In this document: one piece after another, positions 8,475-18,053 of the stretch
Layout: each line of letters starts with the position of its first letter
Numbering within the stretch: the first letter of the stretch is position 1
Source of the DNA: Bacillota bacterium
Lineage (GTDB): Bacteria > Bacillota > UBA4882 > UBA10575
DNA length: 64,000 nt
NCBI GenBank assembly: GCA_012727535.1
Contig: JAAYGU010000104.1
Coordinates: 5,269 to 69,268 of the forward strand
Direction: 5' to 3'
The notes under the pieces: model-generated
What the model saw: the letters and a program-made list of their open reading frames with translations, nothing else
Databases searched by the model: none
Told to the model about the DNA's origin: nothing
Program-made: the position numbers and the translations under genes

Positions 8475-9617
8475 ATGTTGGATTATATGCGAGAGTTACT
8501 TTTAACTACCGGTATAGCCGAAATTTCCGGTGGACAACTGGTGATGATCCTCGTCTCTTTTGTCTTGATGTATTTGGCGATTAAAAAAGAGTATGAACCT
8601 TTGCTTCTACTGCCAATTGCTTTCGGGGCTTTGTTGACGAACCTGCCGTTAGCCGGGTTGATGGACGGACCGACGACGGTCAACGGCCAATTCCAGCCCG
8701 GTGGATTATTATACTACCTTTACCAGGGAGTGGAATTGGGAATCTACCCCCCTCTCATCTTTTTAGGGGTCGGGGCGATGACTGATTTTGGGCCATTATT
8801 GGCGAACCCAAAGAGTATTCTCTTAGGGGCAGCGGCGCAACTGGGAATTTTTGCGGCGCTGTTGGGCGCAGTTATTTTAGGCTTTGATTTACCGGCGGCA
8901 GCCTCGATTGGCATTATCGGCGGGGCCGACGGCCCGACGGCGATCTTTTTGACGAGTAGATTAAAACCGGATCTCTTGGGTCCGATCGCGATTGCGGCTT
9001 ATTCTTATATGGCTTTGATTCCGATTATTCAACCGCCGTTAATGAAGTTATTGGTGCCGGCGAAGGAACGGCAGATTGTTATGGAACAGCTCCGACCGGT
9101 TTCGAAGACGGAGAAGATCCTCTTTCCGATTATTGTGACCACGGTCGGCGCTCTTTTGCTGCCGTCAGCCGCCCCCTTGCTGGGCTCTTTAATGCTGGGC
9201 AACCTGCTACGCGAATCAGGGGTCACCGGGCGTTTGTCGGAGACGGCTCAGAATGAGCTGATTAATATCGTTACCATTTTTCTCGGGTTAACAGTCGGGG
9301 CGAAAGCTAACGCTGAGGCCTTTTTGACGGCGGAAACGATCAAAATTATCCTTCTCGGCTTGTTTGCTTTTGTTTTCGCCACGATTGGCGGATTATTATT
9401 CGGCCGTGTCATGTGCAAACTAAGCGGAGGAAAGATCAATCCGTTGATCGGCGCGGCCGGAGTATCGGCGGTGCCGATGGCAGCCCGGGTGGCGCAGAAG
9501 GTCGGCGCCGAGGAACGCCCTGGTAATTATCTGTTAATGCATGCCATGGGGCCGAATGTTGCCGGAGTGATTGGTTCTGCGGTGGCGGCCGGGGTGCTAT
9601 TGGCAGTATTGGGTTAA
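8475..9617 (+). CDS. oadB: Na+-transporting decarboxylase beta subunit (OadB/GcdB/MmdB family)
   Basis: Polytopic membrane protein in the expected operon context, with conserved segments GADGPTAIF and NLLRESGV. Confidence 0.85.
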   Translation: MLDYMRELLLTTGIAEISGGQLVMILVSFVLMYLAIKKEYEPLLLLPIAFGALLTNLPLAGLMDGPTTVNGQFQPGGLLYYLYQGVELGIYPPLIFLGVGAMTDFGPLLANPKSILLGAAAQLGIFAALLGAVILGFDLPAAASIGIIGGADGPTAIFLTSRLKPDLLGPIAIAAYSYMALIPIIQPPLMKLLVPAKERQIVMEQLRPVSKTEKILFPIIVTTVGALLLPSAAPLLGSLMLGNLLRESGVTGRLSETAQNELINIVTIFLGLTVGAKANAEAFLTAETIKIILLGLFAFVFATIGGLLFGRVMCKLSGGKINPLIGAAGVSAVPMAARVAQKVGAEERPGNYLLMHAMGPNVAGVIGSAVAAGVLLAVLG

Positions 9618-9684
9618 CACCGACGGAAGGGCAGACTTTTTGGACTAGACGTTTATTTAACAAAGATCAAAGAGGTGAATAAAG

Positions 9685-11031
9685 ATGGCACACCGTGTAA
9701 GAATCACCGAAACCATTTTTCGTGATGCGCACCAGTCGCTCTGGGCAACCAGGATGACGACTGAAGATATGCTCGCGATTGCTGAACAGATAGCTGAGAT
9801 TGGTTATCATTCCTTAGAAGCGTGGGGCGGAGCAACTTTTGATTCTTGCCTTCGTTTCCTCAAAGAAGATCCTTGGGTTCGTCTACGCCGGTTAAAGGCC
9901 GTGATCAAAAAGACGCCGCTCCAGATGTTACTGCGCGGACAAAATATTTTAGGCTATAAGCATTACCCCGATGATGTCGTACGGGAGTTTTGCCTGCGGG
10001 CGGTGGACAACGGCATTAGTATTATCCGGATCTTTGACGCCTTAAATGATGTACGCAATATGGAGACGGCGATTAAGGTTTCGAAGGAAGCGGGTGCCCA
10101 TGCACAAGGGACAATTTCGTATACGATCAGCCCGGTACATGATATCGACTCCTATGTGAAGCTGGCCAAAGATTTAAAAGAGCTTGGTTCCGATTCGATT
10201 TGCATTAAAGATATGGCCGGGTTGCTCATGCCTTATGTGGCGGAAGAACTTGTGAAGCGGCTGAAGGCTGAAGTCGGACTTCCGGTGCAGTTACATTGCC
10301 ACTACACAAGCGGGATGGCGTCGATGACTTACTTGAAGGCGATCGAGGCCGGCGCCGACGTAGTCGACACCGCCCTTTCAGCCCTGGCGATGGGTACATC
10401 ACAACCGCCGACCGAGTCATTGGTTGCGGCACTACAGGGAACACCTTATGATACTGGTTTGGATTTGGCAGCAATTGAGCCAATCAACCAGCATTATAAA
10501 GAAGTTTCGGCAAAATACCAGTCGCTGGATTCGCCGCGTAAGGTTGATGCGGCGGTGCTCTCCTACCAGATTCCAGGTGGGATGATCTCCAACCTAATAA
10601 ACCAGTTAAAAGCGCAGAATGCTTTGGACCGTTATGATGAGGTGTTGGCAGAAGTGCCGCGCACCCGAGCCGAGTTGGGTTACCCGCCACTGGTCACTCC
10701 GACTAGTCAGATGGTGGGCACCCAGTCGGTCCTCAATGTACTAACCGGGAAGCGGTATAGCGTAGTGCCAAAGGAGATTAAAGATTACGTCCGCGGCTAT
10801 TACGGACGTCCGCCGGCGGAGATTGATCCCGACGTGAAGAAGCTCATTATTGGTGATGAGGAGCCGATTACCTATCGGCCGGCCGATGATTTGTCGCCAC
10901 GCCTTGACGAAGCGCGCAAAGAGTTGCTGGCCAAGGGTTATGAATATTACCAACAGGAAGAGGATGTTCTCTCTTATATCCTCTTTCCCGAACCGGCACT
11001 GGAGTATTTTAAGTATCGAGCTGGGAAGTGA
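9685..11031 (+). CDS. oadA: Oxaloacetate decarboxylase alpha / pyruvate carboxylase subunit B-type carboxyltransferase, no biotin domain
   Basis: N-terminus RITETIFRDAHQSLWATRM with an HMGL-like TIM barrel. At 448 aa it ends before any biotinyl domain. Confidence 0.85.
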   Translation: MAHRVRITETIFRDAHQSLWATRMTTEDMLAIAEQIAEIGYHSLEAWGGATFDSCLRFLKEDPWVRLRRLKAVIKKTPLQMLLRGQNILGYKHYPDDVVREFCLRAVDNGISIIRIFDALNDVRNMETAIKVSKEAGAHAQGTISYTISPVHDIDSYVKLAKDLKELGSDSICIKDMAGLLMPYVAEELVKRLKAEVGLPVQLHCHYTSGMASMTYLKAIEAGADVVDTALSALAMGTSQPPTESLVAALQGTPYDTGLDLAAIEPINQHYKEVSAKYQSLDSPRKVDAAVLSYQIPGGMISNLINQLKAQNALDRYDEVLAEVPRTRAELGYPPLVTPTSQMVGTQSVLNVLTGKRYSVVPKEIKDYVRGYYGRPPAEIDPDVKKLIIGDEEPITYRPADDLSPRLDEARKELLAKGYEYYQQEEDVLSYILFPEPALEYFKYRAGK

Positions 11032-11040
11032 ATTTTCTGA

Positions 11041-11074
11041 AGGCCTACCCTCTTGCAGGGGAGGCCTTTTTTTT
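11041..11074 (+). terminator. Terminator of the decarboxylase operon
   Basis: AGGCCTACCC pairs with GGGGAGGCCT (one mismatch), followed by a T8 run. Confidence 0.8.
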
Positions 11075-11264
11075 GTAGAATTAATCATGGTTACTGATCA
11101 GGAGAAAGCTAAACGGAGAGAACTTCATAAGAGTCATAAATCTACCTTCTTTGCAAACTCGGTTTGAGAGGAAAGAAAGGCTTAGGCACATCCGAAGGCG
11201 AAGAGGATGCCAGGCAAGGGATCTTTAGATCTGATTAAGGGATAGGATTAAGGAGAGATTGAGA

Positions 11265-13904
11265 ATGAAAAGTGCGAATGAGATTCGTCGTGAATTTGTG
11301 GATTTTTTTGCCGAGAAAGGACATACCATTGTTCCTAGTTCCTCATTGTTGCCGGCTAATGACCCGACGCTGCTCTTTACGAATGCCGGGATGAACCAGT
11401 TTAAAGATGTGTTTTTAGGGACGGGAAACCGGCCATACCGGCGGGCGGCCAATTCACAAAAGGTCTTGCGGGTCAGCGGTAAACATAATGACCTGGAGGA
11501 GGTAGGGCGGGACACTTACCACCATACTTTCTTTGAAATGCTGGGGAACTGGTCGTTTGGTGATTATTACAAGCGGGAAGCGATCGCCTGGGCTTGGGAA
11601 CTATTGACCAAGGTTTGGGGATTACCGGTGGAGCAGCTTTATGCTACTGTGCACCATACTGATGACGAAGCCGCTGCTCTCTGGGTAGAGCTGACGGAGA
11701 TTGCGCCTGAGCGGGTTTTACGCTTTGGAGACCAAGAGAATTTTTGGGAGATGGGCGAGACCGGCCCCTGCGGCCCTTGTTCGGAGATTCATATCGATCT
11801 GGGGCCGGACAGCTGTGACAAGGCGGATCAACCCGGACACCAGTGCCGGGTGAACGGTGATTGCGGTCGGTTCGTCGAACTGTGGAACCTAGTGTTTATC
11901 CAGAACAACCGGAAGAGCGATGGTACTCTGGAAGACCTCCCGGACAAGCATGTCGATACAGGAATGGGTCTGGAACGGATAGTCGCAGTTTTGCAGGGGA
12001 AAAAATCGAACTATGAGACGGATCTTTTTACGCCAATTATCCAGAAGATTAAAGAACTAACCGGTTGTGCTCTGAAGCAGAAAGAGGAGATCGTGGCCTC
12101 GCAGGTAATCGCGGATCATATCCGGGCACTGACCTTTACGATTGCCGATGGGATCTTGCCCTCCAATGAGGGGCGAGGTTATGTTGTCCGGCGGATTCTC
12201 CGGCGGGCGTCCCGTTTTGCTCGGAATTTAGGGGTGAAAGAGCCCTTGCTTCACCGTCTGGTCCCCGTGGTGACCGCGGAGATGGGTGAGGCTTATCCCG
12301 AGATCAGGGAGCAGGAGGCACATTGTATTCGGGTGATCTTAGCAGAGGAAGAGGCTTTCGGGCGAACTCTGGACAAAGGGTTGGCGTTATTTGCTGAGCT
12401 AAGTAATAAACTGCGGAGTAAGAATGAAAAGCTGATCCCGGGGGAAGAAGCTTTTAAGTTATATGATACTTATGGTTTCCCCTTAGACCTTACCCAGTTG
12501 TTGGCGGCTGAAGAAGGACTGGAAGTAGAGGTCGAAAGTTTTGACCGCTTGATGGAGGAACAAAGGGAACGTGCCCGGGCTAGCGGGAAATTCTCCGGGG
12601 GAGAGCTTGAGCTGAAATGGGAAGAAGTTACCAGTGGAGCCCATTCCGCTTTCCTTGGTTACCAGGAGTTGCAGCTCAAGGCGGAATTACGCTTGGTTGG
12701 GGAAGACAATGAACATTACCGGCTGGTCTTTGACCAGACACCTTTTTACCCGGAAGGTGGCGGACAAGTCGGTGACACCGGTAAAATCCGCGCGGAAGTA
12801 TCACCCGGGCAATGGTTGGAGTTTACGGTGATCGACACGGTTCGGGAGCAGGATAAGATCTGGCATTTGGTGGCTAAAGGCCCAGAACCTTTCCCCCGGC
12901 AAGCCCTCTCTTATCATCTGCAGGTCGATCCGGAGCGGCGCCAAATGGCGGCTGCCAATCATACAGCGACGCACCTGTTGCATGCGGTCTTACGTCGGTT
13001 AGTCGGTTCCCATCTGCACCAAGCCGGTTCTTTTGTCTCCGGCGAACGGTTGCGCTTTGACTTTACACATTATCAACGTTTGGAGCCGGAGCTGCTTAAC
13101 CAGGTTGAGCAGGAGGTAAACCGCTTGATCTTTGCTGCGTTGCCGGTGAAGGTGGAAGAGCTGGACTATGAGGAAGCACTGAACCGGGGGGCGCTGGCTT
13201 TCTTTGGTGAGAAGTATGCTGACCGGGTCAGGACAGTGGCGGTTGGCGAGGTCAGCATGGAGCTGTGCGGGGGGACGCATGTCAAAAACAGCGCTGAGAT
13301 TATGGGCTTTCGGATTCTCTCCGAAGGCAGTGTGGCGGCGGGCGTCCGGCGGATTGAGGCGGTTACCGGCTGGGAGGCGCTAAGGCTAGCGGAAGAGGAA
13401 AAGAATCTCGTTAAAGAGTTGGCTGAGTTACTCCATAGTGAACCGCACCAGCTTAAAGAGAAAGTGAGCGAAGTCCTGGCGGAGCAGGCGCGTTTGAAAA
13501 AAGCCCTGGAAGAGCTGGAGCGAAAAGCAGCTTTAGCCGAAGGGGAAAAGATCCTGGCGACAGTTAAAGAGGCGGGTGCCCATCGTTATTTGGTGGCGAA
13601 GATGAATGGGCTTTCGATGGAGTTACTCCGGGAAAATGTGGACCGGTTCAAGGATAAGCTGGGTTCTTGTGTTGTGTTGCTTGGTGGGGTGCTAGGAGAC
13701 AAGGTGAACTTTGTAGCCGGGGTGACCCCGGACCTGACCGCCAAGGTGAAAGCAGGCGAAGTTGTGAAAGCAGCTGCTCAGGTCGCTGGTGGTGGCGGTG
13801 GTGGCCGTCCGGAACTGGCGCAGGCCGGAGGGAGGGAGACTGGTAAGCTTGAGCAGGCTTTGCAGGAAGGGGAACGGGTGATCCGCTCCTTACTTGAAGG
13901 GTAA
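11265..13904 (+). CDS. alaS: Alanine--tRNA ligase
   Basis: Full-length AlaRS. The N-terminus reads KSANEIRREFVDFFAEKGH, the editing-domain motifs HTATHLL and CGGTHV are present, and there is a C-terminal GGGGGRP segment. ATG 11265 lies 8 nt after AAGGAGAG. Confidence 0.95.
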   Translation: MKSANEIRREFVDFFAEKGHTIVPSSSLLPANDPTLLFTNAGMNQFKDVFLGTGNRPYRRAANSQKVLRVSGKHNDLEEVGRDTYHHTFFEMLGNWSFGDYYKREAIAWAWELLTKVWGLPVEQLYATVHHTDDEAAALWVELTEIAPERVLRFGDQENFWEMGETGPCGPCSEIHIDLGPDSCDKADQPGHQCRVNGDCGRFVELWNLVFIQNNRKSDGTLEDLPDKHVDTGMGLERIVAVLQGKKSNYETDLFTPIIQKIKELTGCALKQKEEIVASQVIADHIRALTFTIADGILPSNEGRGYVVRRILRRASRFARNLGVKEPLLHRLVPVVTAEMGEAYPEIREQEAHCIRVILAEEEAFGRTLDKGLALFAELSNKLRSKNEKLIPGEEAFKLYDTYGFPLDLTQLLAAEEGLEVEVESFDRLMEEQRERARASGKFSGGELELKWEEVTSGAHSAFLGYQELQLKAELRLVGEDNEHYRLVFDQTPFYPEGGGQVGDTGKIRAEVSPGQWLEFTVIDTVREQDKIWHLVAKGPEPFPRQALSYHLQVDPERRQMAAANHTATHLLHAVLRRLVGSHLHQAGSFVSGERLRFDFTHYQRLEPELLNQVEQEVNRLIFAALPVKVEELDYEEALNRGALAFFGEKYADRVRTVAVGEVSMELCGGTHVKNSAEIMGFRILSEGSVAAGVRRIEAVTGWEALRLAEEEKNLVKELAELLHSEPHQLKEKVSEVLAEQARLKKALEELERKAALAEGEKILATVKEAGAHRYLVAKMNGLSMELLRENVDRFKDKLGSCVVLLGGVLGDKVNFVAGVTPDLTAKVKAGEVVKAAAQVAGGGGGGRPELAQAGGRETGKLEQALQEGERVIRSLLEG

Positions 13905-13932
13905 AAGCGCCCACCGGTTTTTTGACGAAACG

Positions 13933-14016
13933 TCCCGGAAACCTGAGCGTCTAGCTCCAGAGCGCCTCCTGGCGTCTAGTGGGGCGGGGGAGTGGAAAGG
14001 TTTCCGGGATTTTTTC
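13933..14016 (+). terminator. Unusually long hairpin plus T-run after alaS
   Basis: TCCCGGAAACC (13933-13943) pairs with GGTTTCCGGGA (13999-14009), followed by TTTTTTC. The 55-nt interior has its own hairpin CCAG-N8-CTGG and a duplicated GCGTCTAG. Confidence 0.6.
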
Positions 14017-14141
14017 TTCCAGTAAATCCAGTATTTAATCATTTTTAGAAAAAGGATTTATGGTATTTCTCCAGAAATTAAAGACAGAACTGATTAAGCC
14101 TTTTTACTCTGAGGAGTTCCACTTTTATTGGAGGGATTTTG

Positions 14142-14849
14142 ATGCAGAAGCTTAACAAAAAGTACGGGTTCGAACGCTGTTGGGCCCTTGTCGTTTTAAT
14201 GCTGATCGCTATTTTGGTCTGCGTTGGACCAGCGGCTGCCCGGGAGACTCCTTTTTCACTCGATGCTGCTTATTCCAAACAGGACCAACTGCAAGTGGCG
14301 GCCAATTATCGATTGAGTGAACGCTTTGGTTTTGAGCTTGGTTACAAGGCTCTTAGTCCCTGGTTGTCGGGGAATGAATGGCAAGGGAAGCTTGAAGTTA
14401 CTCCCTTGACGGGGTTGGATCTTAGCCTCGGGTATGATTTTACCGGAAAGCATCTGCTCTTGGGAGCCAACGCTGAGTTTCCGTTTAAAGAGAATTTAAA
14501 ACTGGTTTCGACTTTAAATTTGATCAGTGCCACCGAGGCCGAGCGGAAATATTTAGATTATCTTTGTGGGATGCGGATTGGAATTGGGTATAACCATACT
14601 ATTTTAGCGGGGGCGAAGGGCTTGTATGAATTTGGGACGCCCCATGAGCCGGAGCTTTTTTTACAGCTTGATCTGAATTGGCAGTTGCCAAAGGGCTTTG
14701 CGCTCTCTTATAAACCGACGATCGGTGTCGAAGGCGAATTTGCCCAACGCATGACGGTCTCTAAACAATGGGATGCGGTCAAAGTCGGAATCTTTGCCGG
14801 CCACAAGGATAATTTTCAATGGGATTTTGGACTAGCCGTGAGTTACTAA
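14142..14849 (+). CDS. Putative outer-membrane beta-barrel protein
   Basis: Signal peptide ending AAA-RE and alternating hydrophobic strands. The C-terminal beta-signal-like end is FGLAVSY, with a terminal aromatic residue. Confidence 0.45.
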   Translation: MQKLNKKYGFERCWALVVLMLIAILVCVGPAAARETPFSLDAAYSKQDQLQVAANYRLSERFGFELGYKALSPWLSGNEWQGKLEVTPLTGLDLSLGYDFTGKHLLLGANAEFPFKENLKLVSTLNLISATEAERKYLDYLCGMRIGIGYNHTILAGAKGLYEFGTPHEPELFLQLDLNWQLPKGFALSYKPTIGVEGEFAQRMTVSKQWDAVKVGIFAGHKDNFQWDFGLAVSY

Positions 14850-15007
14850 GGCTTCCTCCTATCCTCCGGTTGGTGGTTGTCCAGGGGGAGAGGGTTAACA
14901 GGGGCCAAGGCCAAAAGGGCTAGACTTAGATCAATTTTTAGCCGCAAATGTAGCGTGGCGAAATGTAAAGAAAAGGGGGGAGAGGACTGACAAGCCAAGA
15001 AAAGAAG

Positions 15008-15586
15008 ATGCTCACCATAGCTTTTGTCTCTGGAGCAGTGGTGGCTTTGCTCCTTTCGGTTTTTTGGCTGGTGCAGCTGAGACAGGAGCTTTACCAGACG
15101 AGAACAGCTCTTAAAGAGTTGCAGGCAGAATACCAGGTGGGAGAGGGTGAAGAAAGGCCAATGACCAAGGTGGCGCTTTACTTCATCCAGGACGAACAGG
15201 ACGAAAGCTTCCTGGTCTCGGAAGTAAGGGAGATCCCCCCTGCTTCAGCTCCTGAACTGGCCGCGATCGAGGAATTAATCAAAGGACCTTCCGCCCAGGG
15301 TTTACAACCCGTACTTCCCCCCCAGACCAAGGTGAACAGGATAGAGGTTGAAAATGGACTGGCTGTTCTGGACCTTTCAGCGGAAGCGATGAAAATATCG
15401 AGGGGTTCCTGGGGAGAGGCGTTGGTCGTATGGGCGATGGTGAATACCCTGACGAAATTCCCCGGGGTGGAAGCCGTACAGATTCTCATTGAGGGTAATC
15501 CGGTGGAGACTTTAGCCGGCCACTTCGATTTATCGAGGCCTTTACGCCGAAATGAGCAAGTAATAAGGGATGAATGGACCCGTTAG
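15008..15586 (+). CDS. gerM: GerM-domain sporulation/germination protein
   Basis: N-terminal TM helix, then a GerMN-like domain (ALYFIQDE...LVSEVREIP...ELIKGP...AVLDLS...LTKFPGVEAVQILIEG). Confidence 0.7.
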   Translation: MLTIAFVSGAVVALLLSVFWLVQLRQELYQTRTALKELQAEYQVGEGEERPMTKVALYFIQDEQDESFLVSEVREIPPASAPELAAIEELIKGPSAQGLQPVLPPQTKVNRIEVENGLAVLDLSAEAMKISRGSWGEALVVWAMVNTLTKFPGVEAVQILIEGNPVETLAGHFDLSRPLRRNEQVIRDEWTR

Positions 15587-15600
15587 GGTCCTTTTTTTTT
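15576..15600 (+). terminator. Terminator overlapping the gerM-like stop codon
   Basis: GGACCC (15576-15581) pairs with GGGTCC (15586-15591), followed by a T9 run. Confidence 0.8.
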
Positions 15601-15706
15601 ATCATGAAACATCGGTCTTTTGCGCTGGTCAGCGGCATAGAAATTAAAGTGTCGTGTCGGCGGCGAAGTAAGGTTGGTGGTAAGCGGGAGGGGTAGAGGT
15701 GAGTCC

Positions 15707-16918
15707 ATGCAAGTTGTCTGCTTTTTTCATCATTTAAAAAACCGAAGATGGCTTTGGCTGCTCATTTGTTTAATCGGATTTGCGGTAGGTCTAAGCCAAT
15801 TTGCTCTTGAATTGCCAGTAATTAGTAGATACAAAAGGGTAGATGCTTACCCACCTTTAGTGTACCTCCCGGATTATACAAGCGGACCGACGATCCGGGC
15901 GAGTGCTGCCATTTTGGTCGAAGCCGTCAGTGGGATGATTCTTTATGCTAAAAATGAGCATCAGCGGCGGGGGCCGGCCAGTACGACAAAGATCATGACC
16001 GCCATTGTAGCCTTGGAGAAAGGGAACTTAGAGGAGATTGTGCGGGTTAGTCCCCGGGCGGCGCGGACTGGGGGCTCTAGCCTCTGGCTGAAAGCTGGCG
16101 ATCTGCTTTCGCTCCGGGAGTTATTGGAAGGGGTGTTGCTCCGCTCGGGGAATGATGGCGCGGTGGCCCTGGCTGAGCATGTTGCCGGTTCGGAGGCGGC
16201 CTTTGTTGAGCTGATGAACCGCAAAGCTCGGGAGATTGGCGCGCTGAACAGTAGTTTCCGTAATACCCATGGGTTGACGGCACCAAACCATTATACAACT
16301 GCTTTTGATTTAGCCCAAATTACCAGGTATGCTTTTACCCATCCAGAGTTTGGCCGGATCGTAGGAGCAAAAGAAGAAGCGGTTGAGTGGTTTTTAGGGG
16401 AAAAAACGAGAACAGTGAGGAACACCAATCGCTTACTCTGGTCATTAGCCGGGGCGGATGGGGTGAAAACCGGAACGACCAGCCGGGCGGGGTATTGTTT
16501 GGTCGCCTCTGCTACGCGGGACGGAAGAAAGTTCATTTCCGTGGTACTGAATAGTCCGGACCGTTGGGGAGAATCGGCCCGTTTACTGGAGTACGGCTTT
16601 AACAATTTTACTCTAAAACAACTTTGCCAAGTCGACACCCCGGTGGCGTGGGTCAAAATTGCTCATGGTGACCCGGCGGAAGTGGCCCTTTATCCGCGAC
16701 GGGATCTAATGGTGGTGCTTCCCAAGGGTAAAGAAGGGGAAGGGCAGAGAAGGTTGACTTTGGATTATGCCGCACTGGTCCCGCCGATCAAAGCCGGCTC
16801 GACCGTCGGCAAGGTGAGCTTTTATTACCGGGGACAGGAGGTTGATTGGGTCGAGTTGTACCCCAAAGCGCGGGTGCGGAGAGCATACTGGTGGAGGCAA
16901 TGGTTGAGGAGGAAATAA
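15707..16918 (+). CDS. D-alanyl-D-alanine carboxypeptidase (peptidase S11, DacB/DacF-like)
   Basis: Has the SxxK (ASTTK), SGN (RSGND) and KTG (VKTGTT) motifs. I chose ATG 15707. Confidence 0.85.
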   Translation: MQVVCFFHHLKNRRWLWLLICLIGFAVGLSQFALELPVISRYKRVDAYPPLVYLPDYTSGPTIRASAAILVEAVSGMILYAKNEHQRRGPASTTKIMTAIVALEKGNLEEIVRVSPRAARTGGSSLWLKAGDLLSLRELLEGVLLRSGNDGAVALAEHVAGSEAAFVELMNRKAREIGALNSSFRNTHGLTAPNHYTTAFDLAQITRYAFTHPEFGRIVGAKEEAVEWFLGEKTRTVRNTNRLLWSLAGADGVKTGTTSRAGYCLVASATRDGRKFISVVLNSPDRWGESARLLEYGFNNFTLKQLCQVDTPVAWVKIAHGDPAEVALYPRRDLMVVLPKGKEGEGQRRLTLDYAALVPPIKAGSTVGKVSFYYRGQEVDWVELYPKARVRRAYWWRQWLRRK

Positions 16919-16919
16919 A

Positions 16920-17999
16920 ATGGAGCGTTTAGGGCGGGTGACGAGCATTGCCCTCATTTATATTGGAACGGTGGTCGGTGCAGGATTTGCTTCCGGGCAA
17001 GAGACTTGGTTTTTTTTCTCTCGTTTTCAGGAAAAGGGCCTATGGGGGATTCTTATCTCCCTCGTCCTCCTCGGTGTTTTAGGCGCCAAAGCTATGGAAT
17101 GGGGAAGAAGAAAAGGGGTGCAGTCCTACCCTGATTTTCTCACGGCCTTGGTTGGCCCTTTTTACGGGAAGTTTTGTGATCTGGTGATGACCATCTTCCT
17201 GTTCATCTTGACCGGGGTGATGCTGGCTGGCTCAGGCGCGGTTACCGTGGAACTAGGGTGGGGACGCGCCTTGGGGTGTTGGTTGACGGTCATCCTGACA
17301 GTCCTGGTGCTAAGCCGGCGGTTGTCAGGCCTAAAAGGGGTTAATCTCTTGATCGTGCCTTTGCTCTTTCTTACCGGATTGGTGTTAAACCTTTACGGAA
17401 AACATGTTCTGCCGCCAGAGGGTCCGCCGTTTGCTTCTCCCGGGAGTTGGATGGTCTCCGCCTTCCAGTATTCGGCCTATAATTTGGTGATGTCCCTGCC
17501 AGTATTGGTCAATCTCTACCAGCTCGAACCAGAGCCGTCGGTCTTGCGGTGGGGCGGGTGGACCGGCGGGTTTGCTTTGGGAGTTTTGGCGCTGCTGCTT
17601 CATCTCGTTCTTCGCCGCTATAACTTTTCCACGATTGACTTGCCGCTGCTTTTTCTGACCCAAAAATGGAGTCGGTGGTGGCGTTATTTATATTCTTTTG
17701 TGTTGTGGGGGGAACTATTTACCACCCTTGTTGCTCACGCCTACGGCTTGAGTTCCCGGTTTAAACTGGTCAGCAGCAAAGCTGGTTTGGTTAAGCTCAG
17801 CGGCCTCTTAGCCCTGGCCGTCCTGGTCAGCCGGATTGGGTTTGCCCGTTTAATTACCCGATTTTACCCCTTGTTTGGTCTTGTTTCCCTGACTATTCTG
17901 CTCCCGTTGGCCTTGCGTCCGCTACCGTCGGTTCGGAAAGAAGAGGAAATCTACAGAAAAAAGGGGATTTTTGATCGAAGAGAAGTCGACATGGAATAA
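16920..17999 (+). CDS. YkvI-family polytopic membrane protein (putative transporter)
   Basis: N-terminus IYIGTVVGAGFASGQE and about 10 predicted TM segments. Confidence 0.6.
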   Translation: MERLGRVTSIALIYIGTVVGAGFASGQETWFFFSRFQEKGLWGILISLVLLGVLGAKAMEWGRRKGVQSYPDFLTALVGPFYGKFCDLVMTIFLFILTGVMLAGSGAVTVELGWGRALGCWLTVILTVLVLSRRLSGLKGVNLLIVPLLFLTGLVLNLYGKHVLPPEGPPFASPGSWMVSAFQYSAYNLVMSLPVLVNLYQLEPEPSVLRWGGWTGGFALGVLALLLHLVLRRYNFSTIDLPLLFLTQKWSRWWRYLYSFVLWGELFTTLVAHAYGLSSRFKLVSSKAGLVKLSGLLALAVLVSRIGFARLITRFYPLFGLVSLTILLPLALRPLPSVRKEEEIYRKKGIFDRREVDME

Positions 18000-18053
18000 A
18001 GGAAAAATTTGCTATAATATGGTTTGTTTAATGTGATGGTAGGAGTGGAAAAG

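Noticed and set aside
11079-11258. T-box riboswitch expected upstream of alaS.
   Set aside because: I could not find the T-box sequence (..GGTGGTACCGCG..), a specifier-loop arrangement or a terminator/antiterminator pair. It is probably a plain leader.
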